Source: Psilocybe cubensis (taxonomy: Eukaryota). From it: 64,000 bases of DNA. The stretch covers positions 1,054,001 to 1,118,000 of the forward strand of contig CM038999.1 in the NCBI GenBank assembly GCA_017499595.2, written 5' to 3'. Under the pieces are notes generated by a model that had not been told where the DNA came from, did not search any database, and was given only the letters and a program-made list of their open reading frames with translations. Positions 24,703-39,000 of this stretch are shown here, one piece after another (position 1 is the stretch's first letter; each line of letters opens with the position of its first letter). Position numbers and translations under genes: made by a program.

Positions 24703-25803
24703 GCACCCACCTAAAGAAATCATGAATGTAAAAAGATATATCAAGTTCATGACGAATGGTTGAACATGGACTTCCAGTGGCTTCTGATAGAGCATAGGGT
24801 CTCGATGGTGCTTTCCAACGAACATTCAAACACATTATTTTGTTGACAGCGGTCGATGGGTCTAGGTGACACGCTAGTGTAGTGTATCATGCAGGTGGAC
24901 AGTATCTGATACTTCAATGTATTTCTATGTATTTTTCTGATATCAATTTTCTGACTATTCTGAACTATGCTGCCTTTGGTATAGTGATTGCTGTGGGGGT
25001 AGCAAACAGTTCGTGAAGCAATTGATAACAATTGGGTATATGAAGCTTAAGGTGAGATAATACACGGGTGATGACACGCGAGTTCAAATGTATACCATGA
25101 GCTCATGCTTTAATCAATCAACTGGTCGCTGAAGCTTCGAGCCATGAATTTTCAAGTTGGTGGGACAAGTTACTGCGTTTTAGGGGTGGGAATATATTAC
25201 AAAGCGATGACTGAGTCATCATCTCACTCGATGCCAGCAGCACACTCATCTACGGTTGTTGCACTTCGTCGGGTTCTTTGCTGTTGGCCATCTGTCAGAT
25301 ACTATTCGTCCTGTGGTTATATATGAAAACTGTACAACCAACATCTAGGCGTGATACTTGAAGCCGGCCTTTTCTACCGATATCGCGCCACCTCAAAACT
25401 ACTTGCTGCCTTCTCACAACGTTGTCCAGATCATGATCACACTCGTTATAAATCTTTCCCATTAGGCAAATTCTATGCGCATGCTTATGGTAATGTCGAA
25501 AATATGTGGGTTTTTCCGTCTATTACTAGGGCCATTTATCCGCTTTCCGGCGCAGCAGAAATGCGCTGAAGGATCGTAAAGAAAAATAGTGGTGAATCAT
25601 GAATGATGCTTTAATACCTTACTGGGATGGCTCATAGTTTATTTTTTGACCAGGAATCAAATACAGTTTACATTTACACATACCATTTTTACCCATCTAT
25701 CCTGATATCAAGGCATCAATTTGCGATGGCTGCCACGACTTTCGGATTGCTGTTTCCATAATAGCTGTTGTATGAACTCTCACGTTGTTCCTCACTGAGC
25801 TCA

Positions 25804-27761
25804 ATGCCCACCCTCCTAACAATCAGTGTGCTGTGCTCTTTGGCTACTTTCTCTATCGCCGCCTCCACGCCCACCAACCCAATACATGTTCCGCTTGTGA
25901 GGGGCCATCGAACAACTCACCGAAGTCTAAACGACAAGGCCAGGAACCTAAGAATCAAATACAATCTTTTAGATGCACATAGTTTTTCAGCGGTCCCTTC
26001 TCATCCGGGAAAGAAAAGAGCTAGCAGTGAGGATATTCCAGTTGTCGATCAGGTAAGGGGAACTTCGTTGTATTTTTTCCTCTTTAATTTGGACCTAGGA
26101 ATCAGACACGAGTTATATAGGGAGTCTTTCTATCGGTACGCCGTAAGTATCCAACACTTTACCTTCTAAAAATTTCCCAGTACCCCGCTTCAGAATGCAA
26201 ATTGAATGTCTCATCAGATAAAATATGCTAATACAATAATCATAGACCCCAACCTTTCCAAGTTGTCCTTGATACCGGCTCTTCCGATCTGTGGGTTAAA
26301 GCACCCCCGTGTTCGGAATGTCAGGGAGAAGATCTTGAAGGCCCGTGTACAGTGTGCGACCCCTCCGCTCCTCTGTTCATGTCTTCGAGCTCTTCTACAT
26401 TCCAGCCCACAGCTCAACAAGCTATTAAAATTACTTATGGGTCGGGAGCGGTTAGAGGATCCGTGTCTAAAGATGTGGTAATAATGGGGGGCTTTACAGT
26501 ACCTTCACAAATCTTCCGTGAGCATTATTACCCTTCGTACTTACGAAGGCTATACTCATCGTTATTTTGGACTTGTGTGCAGTGACTGCTTCAACTATAA
26601 GTAAAGATATCGTAGACGGGCAGGTGGCGGGCATAATGGGTCTGGCATTTTCCACCCTAAGCGATACTCAAGCGATCCCGTTTTGGCAGCAACTGGCCAA
26701 TAATGGCGAACTCTCTTCCACAGAAATGTCATTTTGGCTTCAGAGAGACGAGTCACAATCGCAACCTCAATCAGATGAAACTCAGGGAGGTGTGCTCACG
26801 TTGGGAGGAAGAAATTCATCACTTTTCGTTGGCGATATCGATTTCAATGACATACCCGTGAATACACCGACGTACTGGCTGCAGGCAGTGTCAGGTAAAT
26901 TATGTTTTGTGGTAATATTTGTTTTGTTTTTTCATTTTCTTTTGCGTTATCTAGCCGTCACTGTCAATGGGCAGTCTATTGCAATCACAGAGGCGACATC
27001 ACTTGCTGCTATTGATACGGGGACTACACTTCTAGCAGGCCCCCCTGCAGACGTTGCTGCAATATGGGCGGCTGTTCCAGGCTCTAGCCCGGCTGGAGAC
27101 AAAGCTCCAGGATTTTATTTCTTTCGTAAGCCATCTGTAAACGTTCCTCTTCCTTCTTTCTTATATACCCGGAAGCTTGCACTACGGATGTTTCTGTTTC
27201 TTTCTCTTTTGGAGGCCAGTCTTGGCCAATTGCTGTGCAGGACATGATCCACGGAACTGTCGATCCTGCAGGCACCCTCTGCGTCGGATCTATATACGAC
27301 CTCAGTCAGGGTACCAATCAACTCCCACCCCCTGGTTCCCCAAACTGGATTGTTGGAGATACATTTTTGGTGGGTCCAATATTTTTGAAACTGTTCTCCT
27401 TAGAGAGAAGCTAATATGTATGTCGAAGAAAAATGTCTACACTATATTCCGTATGACTCCGCCTTCAGTTGGCTTTGCGCAACTTTCTGCTCTTGCGGGG
27501 GGCTCAGGTACGTGAATATACATCCGATTGATGCTTTCACTGATATATGCAACTTGTATAGATACAGTTTCGTCAACAGATAGTAAAACAACACACTCAA
27601 ATAGTGATGTCACTACTAGTACGTCTTGACTTTACTTCTTTTTTCTCTACGATAAATCCTTAATCATCTCTTGCTATCAAGTTCATGCAGTGACAAAATC
27701 GCTTATGTTATTATTGCTAGTCCAGATGTGCTGGAGCATATTTGGACTTTCTGTGTTTTGA
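25804..27761 (+). CDS. Pepsin-family (A1) aspartic protease, copy B
   Basis: Signal peptide, KKR, LDTGSSDLWV, GIMGLAF, AIDTGTTLLAG, WIVGDTFLKNVY; same intron positions as copy A. Confidence 0.92.
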
Positions 27762-29137
27762 TACCTCAATGTCGCTCTCTTAATGACCGGTCACGCCCTT
27801 AGGAAGATAAAATGTAATTACGAGTTACATTTTAGAATAGCAAACTCGCAACTGGGTTTCTATCTGCACATGCTCTTTGTATGTAATATATTGCAATGTA
27901 AAAATATGGCCAGGTCACATCCGTTCAGAATAAGCCTTGTAAGTGGTCATATATTACTGTATGTTGTAAGGATTGAATATCAGGGAAACTTGACGTGACT
28001 GCACGACAGTCACTGAGTTACTTATGAAAGCTGAAACCTCGATATCGTAATAGGCGCTCATTTCGATGGAATCAACCATGACTTAAGTAAAACGGATTAC
28101 ACAATTACGCAGCTTCATTGACCACTTACGAACACGGGGGTTCCTCGCCGATACGATCACTGATTTGTCGACCGTCCGCAGTAGCGCGCCTCCGAGCTTC
28201 CGTGGCTATTCAAGAATTCCTATGTTCACCAACTCGTAAACTCTGGAAATTTGGTAAAAGAACTTGATTAATCAGAGTTGGAAGCTGCCGGCTTAATCAT
28301 TCGAATTGAACAGTTCCCGGCCACATTGATTGTGACAGGTATTCAACTTCCTACAATGACCGTGTACCTTGAGTTGCTGAAGACCGAAATACTGACGTCC
28401 TATTTATACTCTAAAATTTGTCCCGGTGGTGCCGAGGTATCTTAAAATCAAGGATTGAACGTTGAATGTTAAACCTCGATGCAAATCGTGTGTCTGTTTT
28501 CTTCTTTCTTCCAACAACTTTTGAGATATCATGACGCTGGGACAATGCTGTTCGGAGTGGAATTTAGTGAATGAAGCTGACCATAGCACCATTATAATAT
28601 CAGATCCAGGCACCCAGTTCGCCTTTGTCCTTGTTTGATAAGAACAATAATATGGCTTCAGAGTTGAAGTCAAGTCTGATCAACTGCCGCTTGGCCGATT
28701 TGCTAAAAATAACACCAAATCCGCAGGCCAAGTTGCTCGTTTTGGTCTTACAATAGGGGAGTATGGGCCCAAGCACAGCGCATGTGTGTACCTAATCACA
28801 TAGTAAGCACCTCGCCAGAACAAATGAGCAAGATGGGGAGAAATAACTGCCTTCAGCCTGTGCGGGCGCTGAGAGAGACTCCGGGAGATCACAGAGCAAC
28901 GAACTCAGAGTGAACATCATCTACATCATCAGTTATTTATAAAGCGATGCGTGGGTATACACATTAAAGGTTCCAATGTCCGTCAAGGTCGCTCCTTCCC
29001 TTGCTTTGATACGCAAATCTCCCTACTCACGAGGAGTCGACGTCCGGCAGTGCCACGACGCTCCATTACGCTCACTTCAATTTCCGTTATAATACGTTGC
29101 TGCGGGCCATCTTTTCTAATTCTCTACTAGTTCAACG

Positions 29138-31263
29138 ATGGTCCAATACCTAGTATTACTCCTGTTCTCACTGATTTTAACCGCACATGGCCTCACTGTC
29201 TCTACGACGGACCCAATACATGTTCCACTGGCTCGTCGCTCCGCCCGACATCTCAGCTTTAGCGACGAGGCGATGAGACTGAGGGTCAAGTACGGGCTTT
29301 TGAGCCATAATTCCACGTCCTCTCAACGGGCTAGTAGAAGGGCAAGCAGTTCTAGTATGTCAATACAAAACCAGGTGCGTTGTTTAGTTCATTTTCTTCT
29401 CTTCAGTTCATTGAGCTTTGCTATAGGATCTAGACACCAGTTACATCGGTACCCTGACCATTGGAACACCGTGAGTTTTCAACTTTTTTATCGATTGTTT
29501 TTGCGCAGCAATATTTTGTACTCTACCTGAACCTGGCTTCAATCTGCACATCTCGGCTCCAGTCAAGCACCAAAGTGGAGAGAGAGAGCTCTTAGCAGTG
29601 TCGATCTCACTGCCAAGTGTTCTTCGTGAGCTTGGCGAGGTCCTATTGGCTACGATGGCAGAATGGTCATTGGTTGCTCTTTCCCCACACCTTCCGTTGA
29701 ATTTTCCACTTAATGAACCCAGCGCTGACTACAGTATTCGATTAACAGTCCTCAAAGTTTCAACCTTATTCTCGATACGGGGTCCTCTGATCTTTGGGTT
29801 CCTGTATCTCCCTGCCAGGAATGCGACAACACTAGATGTCAGCAATGCGATAGATCTACACCACTCTTTCAACCTACAAAATCCTCGACACTGAAGTCTT
29901 CGCCAGTCAACGATCCAGCCTCTCAAGTTTCTATCTCATATGGATCAGGTGCCGTCCAGGGATCTCTTTCATCTGACACCGTGTCAATGGGCGGATTTAC
30001 TGTAAACTCGCAAACATTTTGTACGTTTCGGGAAACCTTTACTCTGTCAAGCAGCCTGATTGAATTATATGTTTTACTAGTGTCTGTTTCGACGTTGACG
30101 CCTGGAATTCTGGATGGGACTGTCTCTGGAATAATGGGTCTTGCCTTCGATACCATTGCAAGCACAGGAGCAATTCCATTCTGGCAGACTCTAGCCACCA
30201 ACAACCAACTCTCGTCCCAGGAGATGGCGTTCTGGCTTCAGCGAGCTGATCCCAACGGACCAGCTCAAGGAACTTCAGCAGGAGGCGTGTTTACTTTAGG
30301 AGGAACTAACTCTTCTCTTTTCACTGGTGAAATCGATTTCCAAAACATGCCGAGCAACACCAAACCTTCCTTTTGGCTACAGACCCTCTCGGGTGAGCTA
30401 CATCCATCTGCAGCCTCACTTCATCTCTGATTTTCCATCTCAAGCTGTGACTGTCAACGGCCAGTCTATTCCAGTTACACCGGGAGACTCGGCGATCTCT
30501 GCTATTGACACTGGAACCACGCTCATTGGAGGTCCCTCCGCTGACGTTGCAGCAATTTGGGCCGCTGTTCCTGGATCTGCTCCAGCAACTGGTGAAAACA
30601 TTGGGTCCTACACTTTCCGTTCGTCTATCTTACGACCTTTTGACCTGTTCAAAAGTGAACTCACCTTATGCACAGCCTGCAAAACCCAAGTTTCCGTCAC
30701 ACTCTCTTTCGGCGGCAAGACATGGCCCATCAACCCTCAGGATATGAACCGTGGCCAACTTAGCCAAGGAAGCCCACTCTGCGTTGGCTCCATCTTCGAT
30801 CTCAGCGCCGGTACTAACATTCCTCCAAACTCTGGTAACCCAAGTTGGGTCGTCGGTGATACCTTTTTGGTCCGTATCATTTTGTTCAACCTTTGATCTG
30901 ATCTCGTGTACTGACCGTTTGGACCGTTTTTTTATCGTCGCGTAGAAAAATGTATATTCCGTGTACCGAATGAATCCTCCGTCGGTTGGGTTTGCGCAGC
31001 TTTCTGACGCTGCCGGGGGCTCAGGTATGACCCACTTTTGGCCATGATAAGGCAGGGGCGTTAAATCTTTGATCTAGGTTCAGCTCCTGGAATTGACGGG
31101 ACATCCGGGACACCGGGCAAGAAGAGTCAGTTTCTAACTAAGCCCAGTGCTACCAACACCTTCTCATCTGTCTACTTCTTTAGGTTCCGCTTCGATGATA
31201 TCACCCACATCGATGGCTGTTCTGGCGTCATCGTTGGTCGTGTTCATTGCTTCACTGCTCTAG
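29138..31263 (+). CDS. Pepsin-family (A1) aspartic protease, copy C
   Basis: Signal peptide, RR, LDTGSSDLWV, GIMGLAF, AIDTGTTLIGG, WVVGDTFLKNVY; hydrophobic GPI-like tail. Confidence 0.93.
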
Positions 31264-32970
31264 AAGCAAGATCCTTCTATACCTGGCATCAGTATGGTGT
31301 TCTTTGCAGTGATAATCGCTGTGCACGTTTGCTTTGATATGAGAAATGACGCAACGGACTGGATACAATCGATATACTTATTTGGAATGTTTGTAGGGTA
31401 GATGATAGTAATTGGATTGGACATACTGTTATCATGGTTCATATAGTTATCTGCTACTACTCATATGAATCTGTAATGCACCATTTTGTCTTGTTGGCTG
31501 TGATGAACGAACATTAGCGCATTTTTGCGGATGAACCGCGCTGGTGCATATGAACTCCGCTACAATTGTGTCTGTGTAAGCTGGTAACTTTCTTGACCAA
31601 TCATCATCAACCTTTATACTTTTCTCTTGCGTCTGACGACTTTAATTTTTTCATCGAACCTGTGACTGGGCAGCTGCCAGCAGTGAGACTCTTGAGCCGA
31701 CCGAACGATATCAAGGCTTTCCAAATTCCAAGGTCGTATTAATACGCGATAAAATCCCAGGCGAACTTCGCTCCATGTGCAGAGAAACTTGTAGACGACA
31801 AAATATGGCGTTTGATCCGTCGGACATACCTCGTCCCAGGTTCTTCAAGTTCAAGGCGAATCAGGGCGGGTTCTTCTAAAAGATATGTATCATGCTTGCC
31901 ATCAGTGCTGTTCAGTGTTGCAGCGTACGCGTGTACTATCCCTGTTTGCGTGTTCACTGTTCAGATTTTGGGACACTCGGAGGACCGTTTTCGGGCTGTG
32001 TCCGATAGGTTTATGGGTGAATAATTTGGCGTCTGCGGGTGTATCACCAGACCCAGCTGAGCCCAAGTGTACCAGAGAGGGCAGGGGGGCAGGTCACAAG
32101 ATGGCGGTGCGCCTACTAATTGTTGTTTTGCTTTCGAACTGGTGACCCCTACTGCGCCGAGTTGGTATAGTCAAACAATCATACAGTCATACTTCCCTTC
32201 TTGTTTGAACTGATCGTCTGGCGTTTGATTTTTGGTAGAATGGTGGGATTGAATTGGGTGGGTGCTAAACGGGTCTTTTGGAGACCACGACGGCGCTCCC
32301 TGTGTCTCTTTTGAGAGCGTTGGTGGTCTTGGGATGCTCTCCTGAACGTCTACACCGTCCCGCTTGCCGCTAAATTAGCACTTTACTCAAATTGATTTAA
32401 TCCTTTTACCCCTTGTTTCCAACCCACCCACAGCGATTATATTCTCCAGATTTTCTCCTTGGGCAGGAGGTTGGTAAAGGTTGGTAAGGAGGCTTTACAA
32501 GCCCACATGGCTTATTCATATACCCCGCACTCGCATATATGAGCATATATGCGAAGATCAAGTCATAGCCTATAAGAGGCTTTCTTTACCCCGTTTTAGT
32601 AGGTTTTCGACTGCACCCATCTCCGGATCTCGGACATTGTCCCATTTCCCCGCACCTGGTCTCGCGTGGTTCCAGCGCTTGGAAGGCCCTCCGTATGACC
32701 CTTCCAAGACCCCCAAACTCCAGCCGTGCGCTCTGCCCTCCCCCCACCCAATCATTTTCTCATCGTTTAGATTCAATATTGTTGAGGCTCAGGTATCTCG
32801 ACAGTTGGCAGAGGGAGTATAAAACCGATGGGTGGATTTTTTGACGAGGGCAGGCAAGCTTGCAAGTCGCTAGCTAGCTATCCCCCTTCCCCCCCTTCCT
32901 CCCTTTTTCTCCACGTCCTTTTCTCGTTGGCTTTGGCTGATTAAAGAAAATATCGAGACGACGCGTCAAG

Positions 32971-34300
32971 ATGCTCTTTGTGCCGTTGTTTGTTTCGTAC
33001 CTGCTGGCTGCTCCGTTGGGCGCCTTTGCGTCTCCTTTGGTGGAGTCGCGCGCGAATGGGATTGATCAGACGACCTATGACAATCTTGTGCGGTACACCA
33101 AGTATTCCTCTGCTGTGTACCAGTGGTTATGCCCAAAACCTCTTGGGAACAAGCTTATCGACCAGGTCGGTGTCGTTTTTATGATTGAAATGATGATAAC
33201 TCAGGAAGCTTACATGTATTTTTCTAATTTTTTTTGTTAAGTTTGATGTTTCTGGTACGCAAGGCTTTGTTGCGCGAGACGACTCCAGGAAGGAGATCGT
33301 CATCGCTTTCCGAGGGACCGGAGAACTCAAAGACGCCTTCGTCGGTTCGTGACTCTTTCCTATAGGCTCTCGCACTTCCTAATCATTTACCGCCCTTTCC
33401 CCCTTTCACATACAACCAGACCTCCAAATCATAATGAAACCCCTGCAAATAACCGGCCTCACAACGTCCGTCAGCGGCGCGCAAGCACACACAGGCTTCC
33501 AGTACGCATACAACGTCGCGGCGTCGACGGTGCTCAAAACCGTCAAAGCGCAGGCTGCAGCGTATCCGACGTATACGATCGTTGTGACGGGCCATTCGCT
33601 TGGAGGCGCTGTTGCGGCGCTTGCGGCGGTTTCGATCAAGGCGGCTGTTAATCCTAAGGCGGGGTTGAAGTTGTATACTTATGGTGTGTTATACTTTTTT
33701 TGGTTTTTGGTTTGGGGTTTGGGGTTTCTTATTGGGTTTGTTTTGTGCTTTGTGGATAGGTCAACCGAGGACTGGGAATGCAGCGTTTGCAACTTATGTG
33801 GAGAACACGATTGGTGTTAACAATATCTTCCGCGCTGTACACACCTACGGTAAGCATTAACACAATTGACCTGGTTAACCATGTCATCTTTTTTAACTTC
33901 TTTGTTGTTTGTTTGTTTGTTTGCAGATGGTGTACCGACTATCTTGTTCAAGGAGCTTGGGTATCGTCACTTTGCTACTGAGTACTGGCAATACCAGGAA
34001 TCTCGTACGTATATTCATTGTGCCATTAGTAATATTGGCGTTGGCGGCAGAACATCAGTGCTGATATGTTTTACGCTTGTGATTGTAGCTAGCCCGGCGA
34101 ACGTGAAGAAGTGCAGTGGAGGTGACGATCCGAGCTGCAGTGACTCTATCCGTAAGTAACCTCATCATTGGTTGAAGGTTGTGATTGTGGTCTTAACTGT
34201 TCTCTTTTTTTTTCTTTGTTCAGCTTCTACGTTTATCAATCCGGCGCATATTGTGTATTTCGGGCAGGCTATGGCGCTTAACCCGCTGCTGTGCATTTGA
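32971..34300 (+). CDS. Secreted class-3 lipase / esterase (Lipase_3)
   Basis: Signal peptide; IVIAFRGT; HTGF; VTGHSLGGAVA (GxSxG); YTYGQPRTGN; DGVP; C-terminal H..YFG; TATA-like element at about 32818. Confidence 0.93.
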
Positions 34301-34313
34301 TTTACTTTGAGTT

Positions 34314-34670
34314 GATTCGATTCGATTCGATTCGGTTCATGACACCGTCAATGTCGATTTCGACGCGACGCGACGCGACTCGGACGCGAGATGATGGGAG
34401 ATGGGAGATGATATGTGATATGATTACGAGCGATATGATTACGACGAGTGGAAAAAAATGTAATTGTAAAAACGACCCAACGGACGGGTGGACGAATGGA
34501 ATGGAATGGATGGATGGATGGAGGGTGCCGGTGATCACTTGATACTAGCACTGTTGTCTTTTGGTGGATGCTCTTTTTTGTGTATTTTATTTGTATTATT
34601 GAATCGTCGTTTATGAAAAGCAACGTTTTTGATTTGATTTGATTTGGATTTGACTTGGATTTGGATTTAC
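34314..34670. repeat. Microsatellite cluster downstream of the lipase
   Basis: (TTCGA)n, (GACGC)n, (GAATG)n, (GGAT)n, (TTTGA)n, (TTGGAT)n arrays visible. Confidence 0.8.
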
Positions 34671-36094
34671 GTTTTTGCTTATATGTGCGCAGTGGTTTAC
34701 CTTGTTAACTTGAATATTTCTTGATTTTCTTCGAAGTTTGACGTCGACTGTTTGCCCTAGTCCTATGGTTTAAATTCGTGTTCATGTTAATTTCAAAGTG
34801 ACTTGTTCTATTTTTGGATTTTAGATGTACTTGGATTGAGCCACTTATTGGTACCGACGGACTTGTCAGGTTCTTGAAAGGAAACGCGAGGAGTTGGTGA
34901 TAATTCTGTCATACATGGTAGAATTGGAGACTTAGAATGAGAAGTGAAGTGGAGTCAGTCAGTCAGCCGTTTTTGTAGTTGAACGAGATCTTTATTTGGA
35001 GTTTTTGTTGGAGATTTGGAGCTTATTCATTTATTCATTTATTCATTTGGCAGTTCTCTTCCGTCAGTATACTACTTGACATTAAACTTTGGATAATTGT
35101 ATTACAGTCAACATATGGAAATGATATAGACTGTGACGATTATGGAGCTGAGTTAGGGGGAGGGGGTTGCATGCGCGCGAGATGTTCTAGGAAATTACCC
35201 CTTCAAATAGAATTGCCACTTCTATAGTATAATATACACATATACACGGTTCATAAATTATGACAATTATAAGTACTATAACACGAGGTGCATCAAGGTT
35301 TTCGAGTACTACGAGTACGCGTACGCAGCGTACGCGCACTTTAGGAAACGGAATTCCCAATTTGAGAAAAAATGTCTCACCTCGATCGCGGCGCGTACTG
35401 TCTGTTTGGGGAAAATGGGTTACTATATGAGGGAGTGCGCGCATTGACCTGGAAAGCGGACGCAGCTTGCGGCGAAGGGGTCGATTAATTAGAAGCCTCA
35501 TTGTGTGAATTAGGGGCTATGAGAATGTGGATCGCATGGAAGCGGGTTGCAAAGGGAATGGTTACGGAAATGTTTGCATTGTGAGATGCTCTCGCTCGTT
35601 GATTTCGTACATTTTGGCCTCGAGGCGCTTAACGAGATGTCTTCATGGACGAACGAACAAAAGCCTTGAAGCGATCAGTGATTGATGGCGGTGCGCCGGA
35701 GGCGCTGCTAGTGTTTTGTTTGATTTAGAGGCTATTATGATATAATTTGATGTTATTTGTACACTGTTCGAATTATTGTGATGCCGAACAAGGCGAGAGT
35801 CCGGAATTAAACCCCCTGCGAGGCTCTCCTTGTTCAACCCCTTTGCTTTTTGCTTTTCTGTCCTGCGATATCCCCTCTTTGCTGTTTTTGCTTTACTTTG
35901 AAATCATCTATACCACGAACGAACATCTCATCATCACAATACCGACGCCGCTTTTGATACCGACTCTTTCACTCACTCACTCACTCACTGGCACAAGACG
36001 ATACGAAGATTACTTTTGAACCACTGCGATACCTTTTGACCTACCGAACAACAACTTTGAATAACAACTACTACGAACTTTGAGAGACGGAGAT

Positions 36095-39000
36095 ATGTCT
36101 GTACATGAACAAGAACCGGGCGTGTTCCAACGCCTGCAGCTCCGATCTGCCACTCCGGGTGCGTATTGCCTGCCACTGCTCTCCAAGATACCCCAGCGCT
36201 GATGACATTACTTCTGGAATCTGCAGGCCCCAACGAGAAAGGTACATCGCACAGCCCGCAGCGCTCGCTTCTGAGTTGGCAATGACTGAATTCTATATGT
36301 ATAGTGCTCAGCTTTTTGGAGGGCATCGCGCAGTCGGGCGAGGAGCTGGATATGACGCCGCCGCGGTCGATGGTGGATCCGGACGAGTACCGCAGGCCCG
36401 AGTCGGTGCACAGTGGTGGAGGCCCGCCGCCTGTGATATACTCGCCTGCGCCGCGGAGCAAGGCGAGCGACACGCTGATCAACCCCGGGCTGGCGGGGCT
36501 CGCGTACTCGCCGCGCAATAACGGCGCGAATGCCAAGTTGAACGGACACCTGCTGGAAGTGGAGAATGGGAGGGAGAACGAGGATGTTGAGTCGAATGTG
36601 CAGGATGGTGTGCGTTCAGAGCTGGGCGAGCCTGTGGTATGAAATGACACTCGTTTTTTTCGTATGGTTGTTGATTTGGAGGATGTGCAGCGCGAACCTG
36701 GGCCGAATGACCCGCCTGGACCGAAATACGAGTCGTATGACTCTGGCCCGTCGTTTGGCAACTTTGGACCGCTGCCGCAAGAGGGCGGAAACCCGTACGC
36801 GCGGGGAACGTGGAATGTAAGTGGACAATTGTATGTCAGAGACTGTACTAAAATAAAAGCAGCCTGTATGGACGGACCTGGTGAACAAGGAAGCAGCAGG
36901 CGGGCTGACGTCAGCGAACCCAGGCTCACCCCGCCAGAGTGCAGCAGCAGCCGTAGAGCTCCCATCCGTGCGTGAGAACGTTCCTGTCTGTCCCCAAATA
37001 TTCACTTCTCTCCAGTCTCCCAAGAGCACCACCAACAACAACAACAATCGCCCGTGGAGCCCCATGTCTGCTCGCTCAAAGCTCACCCGCGCAACTGAAA
37101 AGGGCACTGTCTATCCTCCTCTTCCAGAGAGCAGATTCGGCGACTTTGACACTCAGTTCGACGGTCCCAGTTCGCCTACATCTAAATCACGTGCGCGTTC
37201 CAAGGCGCCCTCTATTTCACCCTCGGATTCCCCCACCGCACAGGGCCAGCGCGTCCAGCTCTTTGCGTCTCCCAAGCAGCAGCTCCAATCCTTTGCAAAC
37301 GGGAGCACCAACGGCAATGGAAATGGCTGTACGTAACATGGCATTCTTCGTCCGATCCGCCATCTGATAAGCATGTTGCCCTTCATAGCTCGTTCCCCGC
37401 CACCGGGCTCTCCCATGGCTGGCCATCAGTCGCGTCCTTTTTCGCCCTATCGCCATGCACCCACCCAGGAGGATCTTTTGAATGCCGCGGTGCGCGGTCG
37501 AGCTCTCGTCATCCCCCAAGAACCCCCTCTTGAAAAGGAGCCCTCCGTCGTTTCTTCAAAGGCCCCCTCCAAAGCCCCTTCCAAGGCTCCCTCGTCCAAG
37601 ATCCAGTCCCCACAGAGCAGAGCAATGTCACAGATGGAGGGAGGCAGGCCACCGTCTAGTGTCGGTTCGCGTGTGTCCAGAGCCAGTCGCGCCGAGCAAC
37701 AGTTGCAGGACAGGAATCAGACGCCTACACCACGGTCGCCTGTGCGCACACATTCGCCGGACGGCTTTGACCCGCTCGACCCTGAGGAAGCGCGTATTGT
37801 GAACGAGGCCCTCGCGCGCACGCCCCGCACGTCCGTGTATGCTGCCCCATTGGAGGAGGATGTTGCGGGCCATTACCATGATATGGAGCTCTGTGTGCTG
37901 CTGCATCAGGAAAACGATCCTAACCAACACGAGTTCGTGAAAAAGGCCCTGCGCAAGGCTGTCCGTCAGCGGATCAGGAAACTGGGTATGAAGTATGACC
38001 ATGAAGTATGTGTTTTTATTGTGTTTTTGGGGAACGTGGGCGGGGTTGTATTAAACTTTATTTGTTCTTTCTCTCTTTCTTTGCAGTCGATTAAGCAGTA
38101 CAGAAAGTCGTACCACGATCATGATCCCAGTGTGCATCTCCGGCAAGAGTATGCTTCAGATGTAAGCCTAACACTTATCGTCGCTAAAGCGCATATATTT
38201 ACATACCCATTCCCAGGACACGCCACCGCAGTGGGCAGCGGACCTGAAGCGCGAGATGGTGCTCATGCAGCAGCGTATTGAGAGTCTCGGGCCGAAGATC
38301 GAGAATCTCAAGCTGAGCGAGCGCGAGCGGTCCTACATTGGCGCGAACGGCTCGCGGTTCGCGTACGAGCCGGACGAGTCGACGCGGACGCCGATGACGC
38401 AGACGGTGAACATCCAGACGCAGCCGACGGGCACGCTCGCGGACTCGATGTACCAGGCGCCCGAGACGGAGCTCGAGCATGAGGATCACGAGGTGTTGTT
38501 GGATGAGGATGGGAATGTGCTGCAGCATCATCGGCATCATGGGTATGAGGAGGAGGATGAGCGGGATGATAGGACGGAGACGGAGACGCAGAGGCGGTAT
38601 CATCATCATCATCACCCGCACACGGATGGCGAGACGAGGAGTGCGCCGAGGAGTATGTATGGGATGTCGGAGGTGGGCAGGGACGATTCGCCCGGGCAGC
38701 AGTACCTTGAAGAGGAGCTGTACAAACTTACACAAAAGAAGCAGGGCAGCCAGCTGTCGCACAAGTCGTGGGAGGTCGCGCAGCATGATATTGACGATGG
38801 CGACGTGTACGATGAGCAGGATGAAGGTGTGGGTGTGCCGACGATCCCGGATATGAACGGCGAGACGGAGGGCGAAGGCGCGTATGGAGGCGAGAGGTCG
38901 AGCTCGCCGCCGTTACCCGATCTGCCGCCAGAGGCGATACGCGATATGGAGGTCCGCGCGCAGGGCCCGTGGAACGCTGTGGATTATAGTGGCGTTGGTG

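Noticed and set aside
27800-29000. Long spacers between the protease genes as possible transposon remnants
   Set aside because: No terminal repeats, target-site duplications or transposase/RT fragments seen
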